A DNA stretch of 64,000 nucleotides, taken from assembly GCA_017511265.1 (NCBI GenBank), contig JAFWKV010000001.1, positions 64,553-128,552 of the forward strand, written 5' to 3'. Under the pieces are notes generated by a model. The model was given only the letters and a program-made list of their open reading frames with translations, searched no databases and had not been told where the DNA came from. The position numbers and the translations under genes were made by a program. The DNA comes from Clostridia bacterium (GTDB lineage: Bacteria; Bacillota; Clostridia; TANB77; CAG-508). Positions 22,269 to 32,080 of the stretch are shown here, piece after piece; position 1 is the first letter of the stretch, and each line of letters starts with the position of its first letter.

Positions 22269-24125
22269 TTACTCCTTAATTTTTAACAAATAATTAATTT
22301 CATTTTCAGCACTGATATTATATTTTATATTATCATTTAATTTTAATTTTTTAGGTATAATAATCCAATTTACATTGTATTGAGATACTAATTCATCTAT
22401 TAGAGGTATATCAATTTCTACATTGTTATCATAATATATTTTATTATAAATTTCAATACATTTATCTTCTATTGGATTAACTTGTTTGTATATATTTCTT
22501 GAATACAATAAATTAATATCATTTGTATATTGTCTTAACATGCATGATTCCCATGGTTCCGGTGGTGCCACTACAATTACTTTTGAGAATGAATTTTTAG
22601 AAATATAGTCTGCTTCATCTAATATATATTGAGGTATCTTTTCTATTGTTTGAAACTTAGAAAATCCTCTATCTTCTGAATATACATATTTTCCACTTAT
22701 ACATATTATACATATTACACATATTATATAAATAAATTTTGTGTTTTTTTCTTTTATTATATCATAAATAATTGTTGTGGCTAATGATATAGTTAACTCA
22801 ATAGGTACCAACCAAAATAATCTCCAATACGTCGAAGCTGTAACAAGTCTTAAATATATTTTTGTAAGTATTGGGTTAAAGACAAGAATTATCATTATTA
22901 CAGGAAAATATATTCCTATAGCTTTCTGTGTCTCTGTTCCTTTTATAAAAGTTATAAATATACTAATTAAATATATGATTACTATAGGTTTTCCATCGCC
23001 AATAAAAGCAATCAATTCATTTGATTGGCTAAATTCATCTATTAGAGTATTTTCATTTAGTGTATTAGAGTTTATATAATTTAGTGCTACATACGTTACA
23101 CCAAAAATAATAATTGGAATAAATATCCATAGCAGTTTTAGAATTTTTTTATACTCTCTTTTCAACAATATCATTGCTAAAAACAATCCATAAATCAATG
23201 ATAACAAAGAAATAGTCATCGGCGTTAATGCTAACGATGCTATATAAATATTACATAAGATGATAATATTACTAGTTTTATTTTCTTTATATTCTAATAT
23301 CTTATATATAAACAAAGGAATTGCAATATTTAAAAATATTGATTTTCCCTGATGAATTCTGCCTAATAAAAAGGGTCCTTTAAATTTTTCAGATACACCT
23401 GTAAATAAAAATAAAAGTGTTAGTATAAAGAATGCAAAACCAAGGTTTTCTTTTTTTACTATTTTTTTTAAAACAGAATAATAAGCACAATAGGCTAATA
23501 TTATATATAATGGCTGTAAAATTGTATGCATAAAAGTTGTAACATTAATATTGAAAAATCTCGCTATAAATCCATTATATATTTCCCATGTATTAAAAAC
23601 GTATATATAGTTAAACTTTGAATTTTGTAAACCTGTACTAGGATCTGTATCATAAAAATTTTCTAGTTCACATGCTTCTTCAGCCCAGGAAATATAAAAT
23701 GAATCATCTGCATCTTGTTTGAAAAGAAGAGATGAATTTATAGTCTGGAACATTATCATTCCAATTGCTAAAACATAAAATACAATATTTTTAATTTTTA
23801 AGTTCTTTATCTTTTCTTTATTTTCTTGTATTAAACTAGTTACATTATATTTCTTTGTATGTCTATAAATAACATATGATAGTACAATAAGCAGAACATT
23901 TATAATTAAAAATAGTATATATATGATTCTAGAAGAATGTTTAAAAAGCAGTATAAATGGAATATTTAATAGTTCGAATATTGAAAGTTCAGTAATAAAA
24001 CCATACAATAAAGTAGTTATTAGTACATTTTCTTTATATCTTATAGTTTTTTTTAATAGTATTCCTATTCTGTAATATAAAAATATTAATAACAGTACTG
24101 TCATAGATCCTTTAAGTAGTATCAT
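22269..24125 (-). CDS. Polytopic membrane protein with C-terminal soluble domain, unknown function
   Basis: 618 aa, about 12 hydrophobic segments followed by a ~140-aa hydrophilic C-terminus. Located between the exporter ATPase and the methyltransferase. Confidence 0.35.
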   Translation of the reverse strand: MILLKGSMTVLLLIFLYYRIGILLKKTIRYKENVLITTLLYGFITELSIFELLNIPFILLFKHSSRIIYILFLIINVLLIVLSYVIYRHTKKYNVTSLIQENKEKIKNLKIKNIVFYVLAIGMIMFQTINSSLLFKQDADDSFYISWAEEACELENFYDTDPSTGLQNSKFNYIYVFNTWEIYNGFIARFFNINVTTFMHTILQPLYIILAYCAYYSVLKKIVKKENLGFAFFILTLLFLFTGVSEKFKGPFLLGRIHQGKSIFLNIAIPLFIYKILEYKENKTSNIIILCNIYIASLALTPMTISLLSLIYGLFLAMILLKREYKKILKLLWIFIPIIIFGVTYVALNYINSNTLNENTLIDEFSQSNELIAFIGDGKPIVIIYLISIFITFIKGTETQKAIGIYFPVIMIILVFNPILTKIYLRLVTASTYWRLFWLVPIELTISLATTIIYDIIKEKNTKFIYIICVICIICISGKYVYSEDRGFSKFQTIEKIPQYILDEADYISKNSFSKVIVVAPPEPWESCMLRQYTNDINLLYSRNIYKQVNPIEDKCIEIYNKIYYDNNVEIDIPLIDELVSQYNVNWIIIPKKLKLNDNIKYNISAENEINYLLKIKE

Positions 24126-24126
24126 T

Positions 24127-25401
24127 TTATTTACTCCTAATTATATTAATATCACTTTTTAAATCTATTAATCCCAAGCAATCTCTATATGAAATTATCT
24201 CAACTAAAAAAGCATCATACTTTCTATCAAACACCTCTAAGTCTCCATTATTATTGTATTTTGTACATCCAAACGAAAAAGCATATTTCTCTGGTAAAAA
24301 TGGAAATGTTTGTTTGAACTCTATCGTCACTATTTCTCCTGCTTTATATTTCCCTGTTTTCTTTTTATATACTTTTGTATTAACTCCGCCAAGTTCTAAA
24401 CCTTTAAAATCTTTAATTGACATTGCAAAAATTGGCTCATCAATGTCTTTATTAAATTTTACTCTTATTTTTACAATATATTCATCTTGATTATTTATTA
24501 TAGTCTGATATTCTCCATTTAAGTTTAATAAGCCATAATCTATTATTTCTGCATCCCCATTTCCATATGTTAGCATCTCCGGATTCAATTGGAAGTTATC
24601 TTTTATGCTATTATTTGTTTTAACTTTTTTTAATTCTATTGGATTTTTCTCTATCTTTTCGTCATCAAGTCCAACTATTATTTTTTTATATTTATCAACA
24701 CCCGTTTTTACATCTCCATCAAATATTTTTGTGCCTGATGATAAAATTATTGCTCTATTACAGTTTCTTATTACATCTGCAACATTATGAGTAACAAATA
24801 ATAATGTCTTTCCTTGTTTTTTAAAATCTTCAAATTTTTTAAAACATTTTAATTGAAATGCCATATCACCTACTGATAGTACTTCATCAACAATTAGTAT
24901 ATCTGGATTTACATTTATTGCACAGGCAAAAGCTAATCTAGCAAACATTCCTGATGAATACGTTTTTACCGGTTGAAATATGTGTTCTCCAATATCTGCA
25001 AAATCAATAATATCTTGTTTTTTGTTTTCAATTTCCTTCATAGTTAATCCCATTACTTGTCCATGTTGATATATGTTTTCTTCTCCCGTCAGTTCCGGAT
25101 TAAAAGCTGCTCCTAATTCAAGTAATGAACTTATTTTTCCTGTTACATTTATTTCTCCTGAAGATGGTGTTACAACTCCTGTAATCATCTTTAATAATGT
25201 TGACTTTCCTGCACCATTTTTTCCTAGTATTCCTATTGATTCGCCTTTTTGAATAGTTAAATTTAAATCTTTTATGGCATTAAACTCTATATGTCTGTTA
25301 ACCATTGGAATAATAGTTTCAATTAATCTATCTCTTTTTCTGGTAAACATTTTATAGTTTTTGCATAAATCTTTGATTTCTATTGCAATTTCTTCATTCA
25401 C
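24127..25401 (-). CDS. Polysaccharide/teichoic-acid ABC exporter ATPase (Wzt/TagH-like) with C-terminal extension
   Basis: Walker A GKNGAGKST, signature YSSGMFARL, Walker B ILIVDE. About 170 extra C-terminal residues in the position of Wzt carbohydrate-binding domains. Confidence 0.9.
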   Translation of the reverse strand: MNEEIAIEIKDLCKNYKMFTRKRDRLIETIIPMVNRHIEFNAIKDLNLTIQKGESIGILGKNGAGKSTLLKMITGVVTPSSGEINVTGKISSLLELGAAFNPELTGEENIYQHGQVMGLTMKEIENKKQDIIDFADIGEHIFQPVKTYSSGMFARLAFACAINVNPDILIVDEVLSVGDMAFQLKCFKKFEDFKKQGKTLLFVTHNVADVIRNCNRAIILSSGTKIFDGDVKTGVDKYKKIIVGLDDEKIEKNPIELKKVKTNNSIKDNFQLNPEMLTYGNGDAEIIDYGLLNLNGEYQTIINNQDEYIVKIRVKFNKDIDEPIFAMSIKDFKGLELGGVNTKVYKKKTGKYKAGEIVTIEFKQTFPFLPEKYAFSFGCTKYNNNGDLEVFDRKYDAFLVEIISYRDCLGLIDLKSDINIIRSK

Positions 25402-25416
25402 TTATTTTTCTCTCCT

Positions 25417-26208
25417 TTATAATACATCCGCGAAATCCTTTTTACTTTTCTTAAATATATAATTTCCCCATAGAAACATTAATACCGTTATTACCCAAAA
25501 AATAATTGTGTATATAAAATTATCTTGAAAAATTATGTTACCTTCCATAAAACTATTTCTAAATGATGTCACTAAATAAGTAAAAGGCATGCTCTGAATT
25601 ATTTTAGTTATTATTTGATGTTCTGAGATCATTGATATATCCCATACAATAGGTGTTGCCCAGAAAAATAGTTGCATTACAATACTTAGTAAATTCGAGA
25701 AATCTGGCACTAATGTAGAAATAGCCGATGTAAATCTAGTAAATACCATTAAAAATATATATGCTGAAAAAATTGTGTAAAAAATCATTAAAGCATTGGG
25801 AATAAATCCATATATTGCGCATACTATTGTTGCTATTATAAATAAAAATATTGCTACAAATGCATTTGCAAATAACGAAATTAAAGGGATAATATCAACC
25901 GGAAAAACTACTTTTTTCACCAAATAACTATATGCTCTAATTGAACTGCTTGCCCCCATAATTCCATCATTTATGCACATCCACATAGCCATTCCTGGCA
26001 TGAACCATACTACATATGGAGCACCTTTTGGACCTGTTTGCTTAAATATAAATTGAAATACTATTACATACATCATCATAAAAATAAATGGTTGTAAAAA
26101 TCCCCATATGCTTCCTAGGCTAGTGCTGGCAAATCTATTTCTAAAGTCATTTTTTCCTAGTGTCCAAATCAATTTTCTGTTTTTTATTACTGTTTTTATA
26201 AATTCCAT
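25417..26208 (-). CDS. ABC-2 type polysaccharide exporter permease (Wzm/TagG-like)
   Basis: 263 aa, 6 TM helices, N-terminus NDFRNRFASTSLGSIWGFLQP typical of ABC-2 permeases; directly upstream of the ATPase. Confidence 0.85.
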   Translation of the reverse strand: MEFIKTVIKNRKLIWTLGKNDFRNRFASTSLGSIWGFLQPFIFMMMYVIVFQFIFKQTGPKGAPYVVWFMPGMAMWMCINDGIMGASSSIRAYSYLVKKVVFPVDIIPLISLFANAFVAIFLFIIATIVCAIYGFIPNALMIFYTIFSAYIFLMVFTRFTSAISTLVPDFSNLLSIVMQLFFWATPIVWDISMISEHQIITKIIQSMPFTYLVTSFRNSFMEGNIIFQDNFIYTIIFWVITVLMFLWGNYIFKKSKKDFADVL

Positions 26209-26294
26209 ATTCTTCTTTTATTTAAGCCTCCTTGCTTTTCTTGTGTTTCAGATGATTATAATCATATATTAAAACAATCATTTTGTCAATAAAA

Positions 26295-28010
26295 TTAAGT
26301 ATTAACGTTATTATCCTTGATTTTATTTTTTATTTCTATGTTATAGTTGTATGAGTTTAAGCTGAAATTTCGATTGTAGTATGGGTCACAAATTTTGTAA
26401 TAATTTTCCCATTGTTCCAAAAATTTTTTAATATATAAGTCTTTCGTTTGATAATACTCTTTATGTTTTATATTATAATTCACTACTTCTACAAAAGGAT
26501 TATAAACAATTAATTTATTGTTATCTCTTAGTTTCAAGCAAAAATCTATATTGCTAACATTTTCCATTTTTTCATCAAAAAAGCCTATTTCATCATAATC
26601 ATTCTTTTTAAACATCATACAATCTTCTGAAACAGCACTAAAATTCTGGATTGTACCTTCTCTTGCAAAATACCCATGCACATAACGTTTTAAGCCCCTA
26701 AACAATTCAAATCCAATCTTATCTCCGCCTAAAATAATCCCTGCATGTTTAATCCTATTATTGGGGTAATAAATTCTAACACCAACCGCTCCAACATCAT
26801 TCCTTTGAGCAAATCCCAACATTTCCTCAATCCAATTGTTACTAATTATTTTTACTGTACTATCTAGTAAAATAACATATTCTCCTGTGCAATTTTGAAT
26901 ACTTTTATTTAATTCTTTTATATTACTAGATTGAACATACATTATTTCATAGTTATTATAATCAGTCCTTCTCGAAATTGATTTTATACATCTTTTTAGT
27001 TCCTTTTTTTCTCCTGCATTTCTAATTATTATAGAAACCCTTTGATTACCTTTTATTTTATAATGAATTCTATATGTTCCTAAACTTTCACCATTTTCAA
27101 CTACTGCAGGTAAATTCATTCTTTTTAGGTGATCTTCTATGGCCTTTATTCCCGCTTCGAATGCATAAGGTTTAGCATCAAAATCAGACTGAGCTGTTGA
27201 ATTTGGATGTGCTCTCCAGTGATATAATATTTTTGGAATATGTAAAATATTTTTTGGCTTAACTATTTCTGACATTCTTAATATTAAATCAAAGTCCTGT
27301 GCTCCATCATATTCGCTTCTTTCTCCTTCTAGCTTGTCCATTAATTCTTTTTTAAACACACTAAAATGACATATATAATTATTGGCTCTTAAAAAATCTA
27401 TTGAAAAATCTGGCTTAAAGTGTGGATCAAACCTTTGTCCATCTTTCATTGATATTTTATCTTCGTCTGTATAAATAAATTCTATATTTGGATTTTCATT
27501 TACAGCTTTTACAATTTCAAACAGACTATTCTGTGGTAATAAATCATCATGGTCAAACAATGCAATGTATTCACCGGTTGCCATTTTAATGCATTCATTT
27601 GTATTGCCAGCAATCCCTTTATTTTCTTTTAAGAATTTATATTTTATCCTCTTATCACTTTGTATAATTTCTTGCAATTTCTCATCCTGATTTTCACTAC
27701 CATCAGCTAAACAGAGCTCCCAATTAGAATATGTTTGATTTATTAAACATTCTATTAATTCTTTAAAAAAATTATAAGGTGTATTATACATTGGAACTAG
27801 AATGCTAATTTTAGGTTCATACTCAAACCTTGTTTTTCTTTGTTGTTCTAATATTTCAAAACTTGGATTATTATTTTTCATCCAAATTTTATACTGTTCT
27901 TCTCTTTTTAGCTGTTCTTCTATCTGTTTTTTCCTATTTACAATTTTAATTATTGTACCTTTTATACCTATTTTTTTTATACTATTGATTATTTTTTTTA
28001 TTATCTTCAA
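26295..28010 (-). CDS. Two-domain GT2 glycosyltransferase (paralogue 2; second domain looks degenerate)
   Basis: ISILVPMYNTPYNFFKELIECLINQTYSNWELCLADGS...LFDHDD. The second domain reads LLDSTV where its paralogues have QLNNDT. Confidence 0.8.
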   Translation of the reverse strand: MKIIKKIINSIKKIGIKGTIIKIVNRKKQIEEQLKREEQYKIWMKNNNPSFEILEQQRKTRFEYEPKISILVPMYNTPYNFFKELIECLINQTYSNWELCLADGSENQDEKLQEIIQSDKRIKYKFLKENKGIAGNTNECIKMATGEYIALFDHDDLLPQNSLFEIVKAVNENPNIEFIYTDEDKISMKDGQRFDPHFKPDFSIDFLRANNYICHFSVFKKELMDKLEGERSEYDGAQDFDLILRMSEIVKPKNILHIPKILYHWRAHPNSTAQSDFDAKPYAFEAGIKAIEDHLKRMNLPAVVENGESLGTYRIHYKIKGNQRVSIIIRNAGEKKELKRCIKSISRRTDYNNYEIMYVQSSNIKELNKSIQNCTGEYVILLDSTVKIISNNWIEEMLGFAQRNDVGAVGVRIYYPNNRIKHAGIILGGDKIGFELFRGLKRYVHGYFAREGTIQNFSAVSEDCMMFKKNDYDEIGFFDEKMENVSNIDFCLKLRDNNKLIVYNPFVEVVNYNIKHKEYYQTKDLYIKKFLEQWENYYKICDPYYNRNFSLNSYNYNIEIKNKIKDNNVNT

Positions 28011-28011
28011 A

Positions 28012-29772
28012 TCATCTTTTCTCGCTTTCTTTATCTGTTCTTATTGCACAATTTCCATTATCTAACCTTAAATTTTTATTATAATATGGATCTCCCATTT
28101 TTATCTCTTTATTCCAAATCTTTTCAAAAAGACATTTTTCGTTTTCGTACCCATTATCTTTTTTCATCTTTTTACTTTCATAAATATATAATTTTACATT
28201 AGGTTCATATACAACTAAATGCCCTTTTCCTCTAGCTCTTAAGCAAAAATCTATATCACTAAAATATTGTGCAAAATTATCATTTAGCCCTTGTATTTCT
28301 TCATATACTGCTCTTTTAGTTAACAAACATTCCTTTGAAACAGCAGTAACATTTTGTCTTATTAAATTTCTTGAAAAATACCCAAAATCAGTATCTCTCA
28401 TTCCTCTATGTATATATCCTCTATTCGCTGTCATTCCAAGTATTAATCCAGCATGTTGTATGGTAGTATCTGGATATAAAACTTTTGCGCCAACTACTCC
28501 TACGTCCTTTCTATTGCATATTCCTAGCATTATTTCTAGCCACTCTGGATTTATTACTTCTGTTCTTTTACTTAATTGCAATATAAATTCGCCATCTGTT
28601 AATTTCACTCCATAGTTAATTTTTTTTGAATAATTTTCTGTTTTTTCTGAAAAATATAATATTTTTATTTTAGTATTTTTTTGTAGTTCTTTATAATAGC
28701 TAAATGTTTTACTTTCTTTGCTATTATTTTCTATAATATCAATTTCATAATTTTGATATGTTGTTTTCTCTATAATAGAATTAATACATCTTTTTAAATC
28801 TTCTGTTCCATCTGTATTTGGAATTAATATATTAATTTTAGGATTACCTTTAATGCTATATGTTGTGTTATATATTCCATAATAATGACTCTTTTTTACA
28901 GTTGCATCTATTTTCATTCTATTCAAGTGATCTTGCACTGCTTTCTCTCCAGATACGTATGCATACGGTTTTGCCTCTTCGTTTTTTGCTGTAGATTCAT
29001 TGGATATTCTCCAATGATATAATATCTTTGGAATGTGGATAATATTTTTAGGTTCTACAATTTCTGCCATTCTTAGTACTAAATCAAAATCTTGTGCTCC
29101 ATCATATTGGCTTCTTTCTCCTTCTAATTTATCCATTACATCCTTTTTAAAAACACTAAAATGACATATATAGTTTCCGCTTCTTAATGTATCTATTGCA
29201 AAATTTGGTTTAAAATATGGCTCAAATCTTTTTCTGCTGTTTGAAGAAATTTTGTCTTCATCTGTATAAATAAATTCTACATTTGGATTTTCATTTATTG
29301 TTTTTACTATTTCATATAGAGCAAATTCAGGTAATAAGTCGTCATGATCAAATAATGCAATAAAATCGCCTGTTGCTATTTTTATACATTCATTAGTGTT
29401 TCCAGCAATTCCTTTATTTTCATTTAAAAATTTGTATTTTATTCTTTTATCACTTTGTATTATCGTTTTTAATTTTTCGTTTTGCTCTTCACTTCCATCA
29501 GCTAAGCACAATTCCCAATTGCTATAAGTTTGTTTTATTAAACATTTTACCAGTTCATAGAAAAAATTGTATGGTGTATTATACATTGGTACTATAATGC
29601 TAATTTTGGGTTCAAACTCAAATTTGATTTTTCTTTGTTTCTCTTGTTCTTCGCCTTTTGGCTCATAAATTTTTATCCATTTTTTATAATTACTTCTTTG
29701 CTTTAAATTAAAAATTATATTTTTTAATCTTATGGTATAATCCTTGCATATATTTAATTTCTTCGTTTTCAT
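28012..29772 (-). CDS. Two-domain GT2 glycosyltransferase (paralogue 3)
   Basis: ISIIVPMYNTPYNFFYELVKCLIKQTYSNWELCLADGS...LFDHDD, plus a second GT2 domain INILIPNTD. Confidence 0.85.
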   Translation of the reverse strand: MKTKKLNICKDYTIRLKNIIFNLKQRSNYKKWIKIYEPKGEEQEKQRKIKFEFEPKISIIVPMYNTPYNFFYELVKCLIKQTYSNWELCLADGSEEQNEKLKTIIQSDKRIKYKFLNENKGIAGNTNECIKIATGDFIALFDHDDLLPEFALYEIVKTINENPNVEFIYTDEDKISSNSRKRFEPYFKPNFAIDTLRSGNYICHFSVFKKDVMDKLEGERSQYDGAQDFDLVLRMAEIVEPKNIIHIPKILYHWRISNESTAKNEEAKPYAYVSGEKAVQDHLNRMKIDATVKKSHYYGIYNTTYSIKGNPKINILIPNTDGTEDLKRCINSIIEKTTYQNYEIDIIENNSKESKTFSYYKELQKNTKIKILYFSEKTENYSKKINYGVKLTDGEFILQLSKRTEVINPEWLEIMLGICNRKDVGVVGAKVLYPDTTIQHAGLILGMTANRGYIHRGMRDTDFGYFSRNLIRQNVTAVSKECLLTKRAVYEEIQGLNDNFAQYFSDIDFCLRARGKGHLVVYEPNVKLYIYESKKMKKDNGYENEKCLFEKIWNKEIKMGDPYYNKNLRLDNGNCAIRTDKESEKR

Positions 29773-29826
29773 GTTTTACCTGCCTTGCTTATGTTCTTTT
29801 ACTTCTGAACATATTATTTCAATATC

Positions 29827-30828
29827 TTAGTTTATTTTAAATGCTAAAAAAGCAATGAATGGTAAATGAAATAACACAATTTCTTTGCACATTTTTTTTA
29901 TTAGATTTTTTCCACCTAAAAGTTTAAAATACCTAATAAAGTGTATATTCATAATTCTTGTTTTTGAAATCATTTCATAATAAGCTATTAATTGTTTGCA
30001 AAGCAACTTGTCCTCGTTATTTTCTGCGTAGTCAAAGCACATTTTAGCTGCATCTAGATAGCAATTCTCAATTGCCCATTTTCTATATTTTCTAAAAGTA
30101 TCATAATTATTACCATACTTTTCTTTCCATCTTGCCAAATTTTGATTTAAACTTCTACCTCCAAAAACATTAGAGGTATGAAGTCTATAATCAAATAACT
30201 CATCATAAATATAATCAATACCATTCAATTCATTCGCAATAAATCCAGCTAACCAATCATGAGCTATAACGTCTGTTTTGAATGGAATCATTTTTTCTTT
30301 TACTTCTTTTGTAATTATTTGCGAACAACCTATTCCTGCATATCTTGATATAGCAAGCTTACTTTTTCCCTTTATAAGTGGTATATTCTTATGCTTAAAG
30401 TAATCTGTGCATATTACATTTCCATTTTCGTCAATTTGCCTACAATTAACATATACTAAACTACTATTTGTTTCTTTTATTTTTATTAAACTTTTTTCTA
30501 CCTTGTCATTGTGCCATACATCATCATGGTCACAAAACATTATATAATCTGCGGTTGATTGTTTTAAAAGAAATTCAAAATTACTATTGAATCCAATATT
30601 TTTTTCTTGCATAAAAATAATTACTCTGTCATCTTTTTCTTCATATTCTTTTAAAACTTGTCCCACATTTTTTTCAGTTGATGCATCATCACTAATGTAA
30701 ATTTTTATATTTTTGTGTGTCTGATTAAGTAAGCTATCAATTTGCTCTCGCAAAAAATTCTCATTTGAATTATAAGTTGCAAGCAAAATATCAACTAAAT
30801 CGTCATTCATACACTTTCTTTCCCTCAT
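29827..30828 (-). CDS. GT2 glycosyltransferase (rhamnosyltransferase-like family)
   Basis: VDILLATYNSNENFLREQIDSLLNQT...ISDDAST...CDHDDVW. The true start may be ATG 30810 (MNDDL). Confidence 0.8.
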   Translation of the reverse strand: MRERKCMNDDLVDILLATYNSNENFLREQIDSLLNQTHKNIKIYISDDASTEKNVGQVLKEYEEKDDRVIIFMQEKNIGFNSNFEFLLKQSTADYIMFCDHDDVWHNDKVEKSLIKIKETNSSLVYVNCRQIDENGNVICTDYFKHKNIPLIKGKSKLAISRYAGIGCSQIITKEVKEKMIPFKTDVIAHDWLAGFIANELNGIDYIYDELFDYRLHTSNVFGGRSLNQNLARWKEKYGNNYDTFRKYRKWAIENCYLDAAKMCFDYAENNEDKLLCKQLIAYYEMISKTRIMNIHFIRYFKLLGGKNLIKKMCKEIVLFHLPFIAFLAFKIN

Positions 30829-30840
30829 TTTTTAATTTTC

Positions 30841-31003
30841 TTTAGATGTTGATATATAAATATATAAATACGAAAATCTTTGTGTGTCGCAAGCTACGAA
30901 CTAAAAGTACTAGTCTGTAGCTTGCTCCAATCGCACTCGTTTCACTCGTTTGGTCGCTTACGCAGATTTTCTTTATTTATATATTTATATATCAACATCT
31001 AAA
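30841..31003. repeat. Hairpin element HP-A1 (family A): 30-bp perfect arms plus 101-nt conserved core
   Basis: Arms 30841-30870 and 30972-31003 are exact reverse complements. Inner helix GAAAATCT/AGATTTTC. Core 30871-30971 is the reverse complement of the HP-A2 core (about 90% identical by eye). Confidence 0.95.
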
Positions 31004-31020
31004 ACAATATCTAAAAAATT

Positions 31021-31992
31021 CTATTTAAATAATCTATAAGTAAATTTCGCCACAATTGGTAAATTAAGCATTACAAAAGTTTTTAGTCTCATCATTGGAT
31101 ATTCCATATTGTATAAATCAAAAAATGTTTTGTAATTTTTAAAATTTACTATTTTTTTTCTTTTTATGTCTTCCATATATGCTATTCCTCTTTTTGCTAA
31201 ATTAGGTATATCTTTATTTTCAAACTTGTCTTCATTTTCAACATAAATACTAAATTGGTCTAGCTTTAACTTTATATAGTTTTGCCTGTATTCATCTGCT
31301 GATTTAATTTTTTGTTTCATCCCATATATGCCTACTTGATTATTCTTATGTTGTCTATATTTTATTGTAGTTTCATCTAAAAAACTTAGTTTACCGTTTT
31401 GTCCTATCATTAATGCCATCCACCAGTCATGAACCATTGGTTTCTTCTGTGGTATCGGAATGTATTTGTTAATATGCTCTTTTTTTGTTATAATTGTACA
31501 CCCTGTCACACCACAATTATGTAAAAATACTAATTTGTAATCATTGTGCATATCTATATTTTTTTTATATCCTCTAAATTTGACAACAGATGAAGTTATT
31601 GTTTTTAAATTTTCATCTACTGCTTCTAAGTCAGTAAATACCAAGTCTGCCTTGTCTTCGATAATCTTATTTAATGACTTTTCTACTTTGTCAGGCATCC
31701 AGTAATCATCTTGATCTGCGAGCATAAAGTATTCGTTTTCTACTCTTTTTAATAAATTCTCAAAGTTTTTTATATATCCTAAATTTTTTTCATTAAAATG
31801 TAGGTTTATTCTGTTGTCTTTTTTTGCATATTCTTTTAAAATTTCTGCCGTTCCATCTGTTGATGCATCATCATTTATTACTATTCTAATATTTTTGTAT
31901 GTTTGGTTTAATATACTGTCTAGTTGGCATTTTAAATATTTTTCTCCATTATATGTAGCAAGTAAAATATCTACTCTGTGTAGATTTTCCAT
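31021..31992 (-). CDS. GT2 glycosyltransferase, paralogue of 29827-30828
   Basis: VDILLATYNGEKYLKCQLDSILNQT...INDDASTDGT...ADQDDYW. Preferred start is ATG 31992, preceded by GGGAGTG; the ORF track extends it to 32052. Confidence 0.8.
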   Translation of the reverse strand: MENLHRVDILLATYNGEKYLKCQLDSILNQTYKNIRIVINDDASTDGTAEILKEYAKKDNRINLHFNEKNLGYIKNFENLLKRVENEYFMLADQDDYWMPDKVEKSLNKIIEDKADLVFTDLEAVDENLKTITSSVVKFRGYKKNIDMHNDYKLVFLHNCGVTGCTIITKKEHINKYIPIPQKKPMVHDWWMALMIGQNGKLSFLDETTIKYRQHKNNQVGIYGMKQKIKSADEYRQNYIKLKLDQFSIYVENEDKFENKDIPNLAKRGIAYMEDIKRKKIVNFKNYKTFFDLYNMEYPMMRLKTFVMLNLPIVAKFTYRLFK

Positions 31993-32080
31993 ATGTTTCA
32001 CTCCCATATTATTAGATAGTGTAATTTTACCTTTTTTAGTGAGTTTTGTCAATATGTTGGATTTTTTATAAAGGTTGCTT

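Noticed and set aside
26252-26265. 14-nt perfect palindrome ATGATTATAATCAT upstream of the Wzm-like gene, as a possible operator
   Set aside because: Short A/T palindromes are expected by chance at this base composition. It contains a TATAAT-like hexamer and has no second copy in the window. Kept only as a note.
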